Shown here piece by piece: positions 8,496 through 15,670 of a stretch of DNA of 64,000 bases (within the stretch, counting starts at the first letter, position 1; each line of letters opens with the position of its first letter). The stretch covers positions 32,001 to 96,000 of the IMG/VR virus record IMGVR_UViG_3300009124_000002. One strand, 5' to 3'. Below the pieces are notes generated by a model. The model was not told where the DNA came from and did not search any database. It worked only from the letters and a program-made list of their open reading frames with translations. A program made the position numbers and the translations under genes. The stretch comes from a virus.

Positions 8496-11120
8496 TTAGT
8501 TAATATACATCGTCTCGTTTGACATCACCATGACATGAATGAATTGTTCAAATGGAGAGTATGTATCTTGTGGGGTTGATTGAATGAACTTGATTGCAAG
8601 CTTGGTTTCCATATCGGTTGGATTCCTTTGCAGGAGCAATTGATAGATTGCTTGTATCTTTCCCGGTTCATCGATTACCTTATCGAATCTGCTTGCGATT
8701 TCTTTTACTTTCACCATCATCATTGAATTATTTAACATGAACAAAGACTGTTGTGGAACGGATGACCGAAATCTCTTTCCTGTTGGGAGGTTTGGATCAG
8801 CCATATCGAAATTGGATAGAATCTCTGGAAGACGACGACGATCAATCTCACCAAAGATAGAACGAGCATTGGGGTATGGTGAATTAAACAGTTTGACTGG
8901 TCCTCCATGTGCCTTTTCAAAATTACCACCATTGGCAAAGAAGAAGAGAGAATCACGAATACCTTCAAACTCAAGGCGTCGAATATTCTGACGGTGCAAG
9001 AAGATGTTACCGGGGTCTTTGAGTTCCATCTTTCCATCTGCCTTACTTGATTGACGATATGTGCGACTTGTGACAATCAGACGATGCAACCTCTTGATGC
9101 TCCAGTTATTCTCCCTCAGATAATTTGAAAGAAATTCTAGTAGTTCTGGATGACTTGGGTCTTCTGCCTGAATCCCAAAGTCATCTGGTGTATCCACAAA
9201 ACCACGACCAAAGTGGTGCATCCAAATTCGATTTACAAAGGAACGTGTGGAGAGTGGATGTTCAATAATTGAATTTGCAAGTTCAAGTCTACCTGAAGTC
9301 TTGTCAGGATACTTTCCTCCATCTGGATCAAGGTATTCAATGAAAGAACGTGGGGCAGAATCACCAAGTTTTCTTGCATTTCCCAAAAGGAAGATACGAG
9401 AAGTCACTGGTCGATTCTCTGTAATCACCATACTACGTGGAGGCGTCACACTGCTTGCCCACTCATGGTCAATGAGTTTGGCGGTAACACGTTGAAGACC
9501 TCTTTGATATTGAGTCCTCTCGCGGTTGTTTAGAATCCTCCAGAAATTCTCAATATCACCAAGGTCACACGGACCTTTATCCTTGAATAGAATCTTATCA
9601 GCCTTCTTTTGAAGAGACGATAATGGCTTCTTATTGATCTTCTTTTCATAAGTTTCGTAGAAGAGTCTACCATACCATGCTGCAACCTGAACAGGAGTCT
9701 CTGCCTTTGCAAGACGAAGACCTCTCAGGATAATCTCATTAACCTTACGAATCTCTTCTTCTGATTTCTTTACTGATTTGCTTACTTTTACTAGTTGGTA
9801 AACTTTCCAGAAATCATCTTTGCTGTTCATTTCACGATTCCAGTTAGACATCATCCTACCAACAAGACCAGTCACCTTATCAACCTTATTAGTTCTGGAA
9901 TACTGCCCCTTGGCTTCATTCGGTACCTCATTGTAATAGTTGTGTGTATGGACGATATACTGAATAGAACCTTTGCGGAAATGGTCATACCATCTTGAAT
10001 ACTCCTTGCGTTTATACACTTGGATATCAGAAGCCAACTTTTTCTTCTTGGTGATATACTCATTAAATCCATTTGAACCAGTTGTGTCTTCTGTCATTGG
10101 AAGCTCAAATTCATTCGGTTCACGCACTGAACGAAAGATTCCATGTAGTGCATAGTAATCCTTCTGACTGATTGGATCGAACTTATGATCATGACACCTC
10201 GCACAAGTAACAGTCAATGAAAGGAATCCCTTGGTGATGACATCGATGCGATCATCAATCACATCATTTGCATTATTGTCACGACGACCAATAGTGATGA
10301 ACCCAAGCCCTCCTGTATCTGGTTTTGGAAGAAGGTCACCAGCAATCTGTTCCTGAATGAATCGATTGTAAGGCTTGTCTTCATGAAAGGAATCAATCAC
10401 ATAATCACGATATGACCATGCATAAACATAACGAGGATCATCACGACGATTATTGGCACCACCCTTGTAATCACTATAGCGAGCAACATCCAGCCAGTGT
10501 CTTGCCCATCTCTCTGCATATGCTCTGGATGAGAGAATCTCGTCTACGATTTTGTAATAGTTCTTTCCACCATTTTCAAATTCAGAAACCTGAAGTGGAG
10601 TAGGTGGTAATCCAGTCATATCAAAGTAGAGACGACGAATCAACTCTCTCTTTGTTGCTTCAGGCGAAAAGAGCGCACCTTGTTTCTTGAGACCATCGGC
10701 AATGAAGTTGTCAATAGGATTCTCCTGTTTGAAATCTGGAACTGTTGGAGTATATGCCTTCTTGAATGCCCAATGTGATTCCACCTCTTTACCCCAACGG
10801 GAACCTGATGCAGTGAAATTGGTGGGAAGCTTGGCACCATTCTTGATCCATGAAGCAAGGATGTTTCGATTTACTTCTCCAAGGTCTCTCTTTGGTGGCA
10901 TATCACCAGAGACAATGGCATTAAGCAGGACGTTGTCTTTGAGTGCTTTCTGAATGCCTTCCTTGGAGTCCAGTAATGTATCACCTTTGACTCTCTTTGC
11001 CTTGGATGAATGACACTCATAGCAGTTATTTGCGATAAGTGGACGAATTGCATTCTCAAAATCATCTGCACCAAAGACGAAACAAGCGGACAAGAATAGT
11101 ATTGATAATACAAGTTTCAT
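8496..11120 (-). CDS. planctomycete-type cytochrome c / DUF1549 / DUF1553 (PSD1) protein
   Basis: Sec signal; CYECH; HWAF; RRLYFDMTGLPPT; RHWLDVARY; CARCHDHKFDPI; VNRIWMHHFGRG; PSHPELL. Confidence 0.9.
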   Translation of the reverse strand: MKLVLSILFLSACFVFGADDFENAIRPLIANNCYECHSSKAKRVKGDTLLDSKEGIQKALKDNVLLNAIVSGDMPPKRDLGEVNRNILASWIKNGAKLPTNFTASGSRWGKEVESHWAFKKAYTPTVPDFKQENPIDNFIADGLKKQGALFSPEATKRELIRRLYFDMTGLPPTPLQVSEFENGGKNYYKIVDEILSSRAYAERWARHWLDVARYSDYKGGANNRRDDPRYVYAWSYRDYVIDSFHEDKPYNRFIQEQIAGDLLPKPDTGGLGFITIGRRDNNANDVIDDRIDVITKGFLSLTVTCARCHDHKFDPISQKDYYALHGIFRSVREPNEFELPMTEDTTGSNGFNEYITKKKKLASDIQVYKRKEYSRWYDHFRKGSIQYIVHTHNYYNEVPNEAKGQYSRTNKVDKVTGLVGRMMSNWNREMNSKDDFWKVYQLVKVSKSVKKSEEEIRKVNEIILRGLRLAKAETPVQVAAWYGRLFYETYEKKINKKPLSSLQKKADKILFKDKGPCDLGDIENFWRILNNRERTQYQRGLQRVTAKLIDHEWASSVTPPRSMVITENRPVTSRIFLLGNARKLGDSAPRSFIEYLDPDGGKYPDKTSGRLELANSIIEHPLSTRSFVNRIWMHHFGRGFVDTPDDFGIQAEDPSHPELLEFLSNYLRENNWSIKRLHRLIVTSRTYRQSSKADGKMELKDPGNIFLHRQNIRRLEFEGIRDSLFFFANGGNFEKAHGGPVKLFNSPYPNARSIFGEIDRRRLPEILSNFDMADPNLPTGKRFRSSVPQQSLFMLNNSMMMVKVKEIASRFDKVIDEPGKIQAIYQLLLQRNPTDMETKLAIKFIQSTPQDTYSPFEQFIHVMVMSNETMYIN

Positions 11121-11126
11121 ATACTA

Positions 11127-11134
11127 TATTTATA
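11127..11134 (-). promoter_or_regulatory. T4-type late promoter
   Basis: exact TATAAATA 6 nt upstream of the ATG at 11120. Confidence 0.75.
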
Positions 11135-11139
11135 AAAGC

Positions 11140-11604
11140 TTATTCTGTGAGTATTCGTCCTATGATTTGTTCTTTGTTGATGAAATAGTAATCGCTTATC
11201 TTACTGTTATCACCAAAGATAAGGTATTGATCGGGTTTCATCTCAAAGGTGAAATTTGTATTCAAGGGGGTGGGATAGTATAAGATATCTATGACTTCTT
11301 TACCATCTACTAGAATTACTGAATTTGAAATTGAAATTGTGGCAGGGTATCGGGCAATGACTCTCTTGATGACACGAACCATATCGCCATCCTCCACTAT
11401 ATCAGCAACAACAATATCACCAACATAGTAGTTGGGGCAATCCTTGCGAATCCATATGGTTTCCCATGACTTCAATGTTGGTTCCATACTCTTCCCAGAT
11501 ACCACAATGAAAGCAAAAAAGTGCTGGGAGAGATACCCCAGCACTGTTGTGATACCCAAGAGGGCAATGAGAAACCAGAATCTTACTCCATGCTTTCTCG
11601 ACAT
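11140..11604 (-). CDS. signal peptidase I (S26)
   Basis: N-terminal TM helix, SGKSMEPTL (Ser), VIKRV (Lys), GDN. Confidence 0.85.
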   Translation of the reverse strand: MSRKHGVRFWFLIALLGITTVLGYLSQHFFAFIVVSGKSMEPTLKSWETIWIRKDCPNYYVGDIVVADIVEDGDMVRVIKRVIARYPATISISNSVILVDGKEVIDILYYPTPLNTNFTFEMKPDQYLIFGDNSKISDYYFINKEQIIGRILTE

Positions 11605-11721
11605 TTTCTTTTGTCCAGTTGACGCCTTGCTTTTTTCGTATTCTTCTTGTATGCCTTCTCCTGACTGCGAGAAGTTGAAAAGGGAAGACCCTTTGATTTT
11701 GCTACTTCATCTTTCATTGTT

Positions 11722-12042
11722 CTATTTATTCTTTCGTATTGTAATGACGATGGTGCCCACGATGGCAATTGAAATTCCCATCTGAGTAGTGATGAGTGCT
11801 TTTGAAATCCCCTTTGCTAGATTATCGATAGATGATGTCCCTCCAACTGAAAGTGCTTGAAATGTCTGCATCATACCCAAGACAGTTCCCAGAAGACCAA
11901 CAAGAGGGACAGAATTGACAACGATATTTGCCATCCAGTGATCACTAGAAAATGCAAGAGCATATGCCCAACATCCCAATAAGGCGATGACGATCATTGT
12001 CCAACCACCCGAGATCCAGTAATCGATTATTGTTTGTATCAT
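11722..12042 (-). CDS. MotA/TolQ/ExbB proton channel family protein (minimal)
   Basis: PLVGLLGTVLGM..TF and GISKALITT.MG motifs. Confidence 0.85.
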   Translation of the reverse strand: MIQTIIDYWISGGWTMIVIALLGCWAYALAFSSDHWMANIVVNSVPLVGLLGTVLGMMQTFQALSVGGTSSIDNLAKGISKALITTQMGISIAIVGTIVITIRKNK

Positions 12043-12143
12043 TAAGATGAACAACCGGAGCCAAGAGGACAAACATAAACCGAAGAACCAACGTTCTTCA
12101 ACTCTTTGCCACAGCGATCACATTTTCGTTTTTGTTTTTTCAT
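12042..12143 (-). CDS. 33-aa Cys-rich micro-protein
   Basis: MKKQKRKCDRCGKELKNVGSSVYVCPLGSGCSS*, TAATG-coupled to the ExbB-like gene (hand translated). Confidence 0.45.
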   Translation of the reverse strand: MKKQKRKCDRCGKELKNVGSSVYVCPLGSGCSS

Positions 12144-12146
12144 AAA

Positions 12147-12563
12147 TGGTGGAGGCGGCGGGAGTCGAACCCGCGTCCAATACTACCTAGTATGCTCTTC
12201 TACACGTTTAGCTCGACTCTCTATACTCCTGATGCATCATCGAGCATCCTCATCAGGAGGTTGAACCAAGTGTCTTAGGTGATGGTGTCTGGTTCCATCC
12301 AGTCATCACAGCAGCCTCTGCTTTAGTAACCGCGAACTCAACGAGGCATTAAGTCCACGATCTGGTTATGCAACCACTTCAGCGACTTCGGCTCCAGCCA
12401 GAACAGCATCAGCATTGTTCATGATGGCAGCAGCTTCGTCAAGAAGACCGGCAATGTTATCTTCGCCATTTAGTTTTTTTAGTCGATTTTTAATGAGACC
12501 ATTCGACCAACTCATACGTGCTTCTTCATTCATCAGCAATACTGTCGAAACCAGTACGCCCCC
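12147..12563 (-). ncRNA. ssrA: tmRNA
   Basis: 5' GGGGGCGTACTGGTTTCGAC, 3' GGGTTCGACTCCCGCCGCCTCCACCA with G3.U pair; tag ORF 12467-12366. Confidence 0.95.
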
Positions 12564-12568
12564 GAAAT

Positions 12569-12658
12569 TGGCGGTGAGAGAGGGATTTGAACCCCCGGTT
12601 GCTTTTACACAACTCCTGTTTTCAAGACAGGTGCATTAAACCGCTCTGCCATCTCACC
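12569..12658 (-). tRNA. tRNA-Ser(UGA)
   Basis: CCTGT-CT-TGA-AA-ACAGG, long variable arm, CCA. Confidence 0.95.
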
Positions 12659-12662
12659 AAAG

Positions 12663-12739
12663 TGGTCGGAAAGACAGGATTTGAACCTGCGACATCCTGC
12701 TCCCAAAGCAGGTGCTCTACCAAACTGAGCTACTCTCCG
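12663..12739 (-). tRNA. tRNA-Pro(UGG)
   Basis: CCTGC-TT-TGG-GA-GCAGG, CCA. Confidence 0.95.
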
Positions 12740-12743
12740 AAAA

Positions 12744-12818
12744 TGGCATCCCGTACCAGAATCGAACTGGTGTTCTCGCCGTGAAAGGGCGATGTCCTAA
12801 CCGCTAGACGAACGGGAC
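12744..12818 (-). tRNA. tRNA-Glu(UUC)
   Basis: TCGCC-CT-TTC-AC-GGCGA, CCA. Confidence 0.95.
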
Positions 12819-12829
12819 TTAATGTTAAA

Positions 12830-12919
12830 TGGCGGCTGGAAAGAGATTCGAACTCTTGGTACCCTTTCGAGTACGACAGTTTAGCAAACTGTTGCTTTAG
12901 ACCACTCAGCCATCCAACC
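12830..12919 (-). tRNA. tRNA-Ser(GCU)
   Basis: ACAGT-TT-GCT-AA-ACTGT, long variable arm, CCA. Confidence 0.95.
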
Positions 12920-12925
12920 TGAAAT

Positions 12926-13002
12926 TGGTTGGCGCAGTAGGATTTGAACCTACGACCTTTCGATTATCAATCGAATGCTCTAACCAACTGAGCTATGCGC
13001 CA
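12926..13002 (-). tRNA. tRNA-Ile(GAU)
   Basis: TTCGA-TT-GAT-AA-TCGAA, CCA. Confidence 0.95.
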
Positions 13003-13009
13003 ATGAAAA

Positions 13010-13085
13010 TGGAGCCAGATGTCAGATTCGAACTGACGACCGACGGTTTACAAAACCGTTGCTCTACCAACTGAGCTAATCTGGC
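13010..13085 (-). tRNA. tRNA-Thr(UGU)
   Basis: ACGGT-TT-TGT-AA-ACCGT, CCA. Confidence 0.95.
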
Positions 13086-13087
13086 AT

Positions 13088-13164
13088 TGGTGGACCCTAT
13101 AGGGGTTGAACCTATGACCTACCGATTATGAGTCGGGTGCTCTGACCAACTGAGCTAAGGGTCC
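13088..13164 (-). tRNA. tRNA with CAU anticodon, probably tRNA-Ile2 (lysidine)
   Basis: GGACCCTTAGCTCAG...CGACTCATAATCG resembles bacterial Ile2; CCA. Confidence 0.85.
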
Positions 13165-13173
13165 ATTAGAAAT

Positions 13174-13249
13174 TGGTGCCCCCACTAGGACTCGAACCTA
13201 GAACCACCTGATTAAAAGTCAGATACTCTACCAATTGAGCTATAAGGGC
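13174..13249 (-). tRNA. tRNA-Lys(UUU)
   Basis: TCTGA-CT-TTT-AA-TCAGG, CCA. Confidence 0.95.
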
Positions 13250-13254
13250 GGAAG

Positions 13255-13330
13255 TGGTAGCAGGAGTGGGATTTGAACCCACGGTCTTCTGGATATGAGC
13301 CAGACGAGATAACCACTTCTCCATCCTGCA
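13255..13330 (-). tRNA. tRNA-Met(CAU), initiator-like
   Basis: U1xU72 mismatch, A11-U24, CAT anticodon, CCA. Confidence 0.85.
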
Positions 13331-13334
13331 TTAA

Positions 13335-13407
13335 AATTGAGGGCGGGACTCGAACCCGCAACCTCTTCCGTGACAGGGAAGTACTCTACACTTTGAGTTA
13401 CGTCACT
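13335..13407 (-). pseudogene. degenerate tRNA-Asp(GUC)
   Basis: intact D, anticodon (CTTCC-CT-GTC-AC-GGAAG) and T arms; acceptor AGTGACG/CCTCAAT has 2 mismatches and no CCA. Confidence 0.75.
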
Positions 13408-13529
13408 AGAAATTGGAGCTGGGTTAACCTATATTGTTTAACGTCGCACCCAGCTAGGTTCGACGAGCATGATGCGTCTTCTTTTCGGCAGACGTCTCCA
13501 CCTACACATAGGACACATTGGTGCACCGC

Positions 13530-13592
13530 TTGCCGAGCAGTATGACTCTTTCGAGTTTCATCCTTTAGGAATCATCAGATACGCTGTGGCAA
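13530..13592 (-). ncRNA. type I hammerhead ribozyme
   Basis: TTGCC-AC-AGC-GTAT CTGATGA TTCC TAAA GGAT GAAA CTC GAAA GAG TC^ATAC-T-GCT-C-GGCAA. Confidence 0.8.
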
Positions 13593-13867
13593 AGAAAGTC
13601 GATCCATTTACAACCCCCGTTATTGTTTTGGTTGAAGGTGGACCAGACCTGATCGTTGGGTTATCGTGTAACGCCAACAAAGATTCGGCTTTTTATTTTG
13701 CCCTGTTGACATGGGGTCTCCTCTCTCTAGGGACTTACTGCTGAGCCGTAACAGCTTAAAGTTGGATATCATCACCATTGCCCTTTTGGGTCACCCACGG
13801 ATTCTCGGTGGTCTTCAATACCTTATCGGAGTATCTCCCGGAGAGTAGAACCTCTCTCAATTTTTAT

Positions 13868-13896
13868 ATTCTACATGAAGCCTTTGCTTCAGTCAA
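13868..13896 (-). promoter_or_regulatory. sigma70 promoter of the RNA operon
   Basis: TTGACT-17-TAGAAT. Confidence 0.8.
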
Positions 13897-13902
13897 CTAT
13901 TC

Positions 13903-14166
13903 TTATTCTCCAAACACTAAAATTTCATCAGTGAAAAGCATCAAGAAGTCATGTAGGTCTCTATATTGTTCTCCTGCATAAACATACTCTTCAATCTTCT
14001 CCTGAAAGCCCAACTCATCATCAAAGACCTTTTTCAAATCATCACGGTCATGTAGTTTCTGCCAGAGTCGATTCATGATTACTGCACGACCATTATTGTC
14101 ATGGATTGGAAGGTCTTCCTTCGTGCGTTCAACCCATCTCTCATTGTGGTTGCTAATGTAAATCAT
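13903..14166 (-). CDS. hypothetical protein
   Basis: 87-aa co-oriented ORF. Confidence 0.6.
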   Translation of the reverse strand: MIYISNHNERWVERTKEDLPIHDNNGRAVIMNRLWQKLHDRDDLKKVFDDELGFQEKIEEYVYAGEQYRDLHDFLMLFTDEILVFGE

Positions 14167-14186
14167 AAAGTATCTATAAATTCAGT

Positions 14187-14384
14187 TTATGCCCGACGAA
14201 AAACAATATCTGAGGCTTCCCATAATGGTTGTCGGAGTTCCTCAAACATTTCATGTCGGTCAGCATCATCATGATGGAATCGATCAGCTTGATCTGCCGC
14301 ATAATCAGCAAGTGCAGTGAAGAAGTTTTCAAGGGCTTGACCATTCATCTCGTCCAGCATTTTGTATATTTCAATCTTACTCAT
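14187..14384 (-). CDS. hypothetical protein
   Basis: 65-aa co-oriented ORF. Confidence 0.6.
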   Translation of the reverse strand: MSKIEIYKMLDEMNGQALENFFTALADYAADQADRFHHDDADRHEMFEELRQPLWEASDIVFRRA

Positions 14385-14386
14385 AA

Positions 14387-15268
14387 TTATGCTTTCTTTA
14401 CGTAAACCACACCATCGATTGTTATTTCATTTGGGAATTGAGACACAGGCTCTTCTGTATCCCCAGAGACCACTGTATCCCCAGAGACCACTGTATCCCC
14501 AGAGACCACTGTATCCCCAGAGACCACTGCGTTCCAAGAGAGCACTGCACCCCCATAGACCTTTGCGTTCCCATAGACCCATGCGTCCCCAGAGACCTTT
14601 GCGAACCCAAAGACCAATGCGTTCCCATAGACCTCAGCGTCCTCATAGACCTCGGCACTTCCAAAGACCTCGGCACTTCCAAAGACCTCGGCGCCCCCAG
14701 AGACCTTTGCGTCCTCATAGACGCATGCAACGCCATAGACCTCAGCGTCCTCATAGACCTCGGCACTTCCAAAGACCTCGGCACTTCCAAAGACCTCGGC
14801 GCCCCCAGAGACCTTTGCGTCCTCATAGACGCATGCAACGCCATAGACCTCAGCGTCCTCATAGACCTCGGCACTTCCAAAGACCTCGGCACTTCCAAAG
14901 ACCTCGGCGCCCCCAGAGACCTTTGCGTCCTCATAGACGCATGCAACGCCATAGACCTCAGCGTTCCCATAGACCTTTGCGTTCCCATAGACCTCAGCGT
15001 CCTCATAGACCTCGGCACTTCCAAAGACCTCGGCGCCCCCAGAGACCTTTGCGTCCTCATAGACCAATGCATCGCCATAGACCTTTGCGTTCCCATAGAC
15101 CCATGCGTTCCCATAGACCCATGCATCACCATCATGACTCAGATTCTCCTCGGACTCGATGTATCCCCCAAGGTCACCTTTCTTTACGTCGCCAAAGTCC
15201 CGCAGGGCTTTGATGCGTCGGAGGTTTGGGTTGTCTGGATGGGCTTCGTTCGTGATTTCGTATTTCAT
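14387..15268 (-). CDS. hexapeptide-repeat (left-handed beta-helix-like) protein
   Basis: RIKALRDFGDVKKGDLGGYIESEENLSH followed by many AxVYG(N/D) hexapeptides. Confidence 0.85.
   Translation of the reverse strand: MKYEITNEAHPDNPNLRRIKALRDFGDVKKGDLGGYIESEENLSHDGDAWVYGNAWVYGNAKVYGDALVYEDAKVSGGAEVFGSAEVYEDAEVYGNAKVYGNAEVYGVACVYEDAKVSGGAEVFGSAEVFGSAEVYEDAEVYGVACVYEDAKVSGGAEVFGSAEVFGSAEVYEDAEVYGVACVYEDAKVSGGAEVFGSAEVFGSAEVYEDAEVYGNALVFGFAKVSGDAWVYGNAKVYGGAVLSWNAVVSGDTVVSGDTVVSGDTVVSGDTEEPVSQFPNEITIDGVVYVKKA
14455..15125. repeat. coding tandem repeat of 18-bp units
   Basis: 4 exact CTGTATCCCCAGAGACCA copies (14455-14526); three exact 108-bp copies (14625-14948). Confidence 0.95.
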
Positions 15269-15293
15269 AGTGTTGTTTCTCATTACGTAGATC

Positions 15294-15322
15294 ATACTAG
15301 ACCATTTCTGGATTCCCGTCAA
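15294..15322 (-). promoter_or_regulatory. early promoter cassette
   Basis: GGGG-TTGACG-17-TAGTAT then CGTAATGAGAAACAAC. Confidence 0.75.
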
Positions 15323-15416
15323 CCCCTCTCATTTGTTAAAGGGACCATCCAGTTGGTGCCTGTTAACTAACTGACTAAATTGTTAAAGCAACACTCTACC
15401 AGAGAACGCAGAAATG

Positions 15417-15563
15417 TCAATCTCTTTCTATACCGAAATCCTTATTCCAACAGAACCCGCAAATACGGAACCCAAAAACCCAAACAGCGATTCTGAAGTA
15501 TCCCGGCATACTATTAGTGAATAGTCCAGTCTTGATTCTGCGAAAAGATATATTGATGTTCAT
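15417..15563 (-). CDS. small early hypothetical protein
   Basis: ORF directly behind promoter cassette; alternative in-frame start 15578. Confidence 0.5.
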   Translation of the reverse strand: MNINISFRRIKTGLFTNSMPGYFRIAVWVFGFRICGFCWNKDFGIERD

Positions 15564-15588
15564 GTCGTTGTTTCTCATTACGAGAGAC

Positions 15589-15637
15589 ATTCTGCCTGAA
15601 GATCGCGGATCCGACAACCCCTAAAAGCACTTTTTTT
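15589..15637 (-). promoter_or_regulatory. early promoter cassette (exact 49-bp copy at 49963-50011)
   Basis: TTGTCG-17-CAGAAT with A-tract upstream element. Confidence 0.8.
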
Positions 15638-15670
15638 ACGTTACCGTTAAAGGTGTTGGTAATCAACGAC

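Noticed and set aside
5878-11120. Host contamination or a prophage boundary at the DUF1501 block
   Set aside because: The block is co-oriented with phage genes, has a T4 late promoter, is flanked by phage-like genes on both sides, and no integrase is present; read mapping is still needed to exclude a chimera fully
12569-13330. Stop-codon recoding or a suppressor tRNA
   Set aside because: tRNA-Ser with anticodon UGA reads UCA, not a stop codon; core genes are full length in the standard code
13414-13515. Pistol ribozyme resemblance (CGTCG/CGACG-TTAAA...TTAA-CCCAGC)
   Set aside because: The P1 loop is 14 nt rather than 6, and the conserved GCG after the pseudoknot and P3 are missing; kept only as an unknown pseudoknot
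13842-13858. preQ1-I riboswitch resemblance (AGAGGTTCTA)
   Set aside because: There is no A-rich 3' tail and no downstream queuosine gene; the match is short
12415-13981. Plus-strand ORFs over the RNA operon
   Set aside because: They are antisense to tmRNA, tRNAs and the structured leader, with no recognisable protein motifs
14362-15370. Long alternative-frame ORFs (283, 237 and 310 aa) and a possible CRISPR array or DGR
   Set aside because: They are shadows of the stop-free 18-bp coding repeat; there are no unique spacers, no cas genes and no reverse transcriptase in the window
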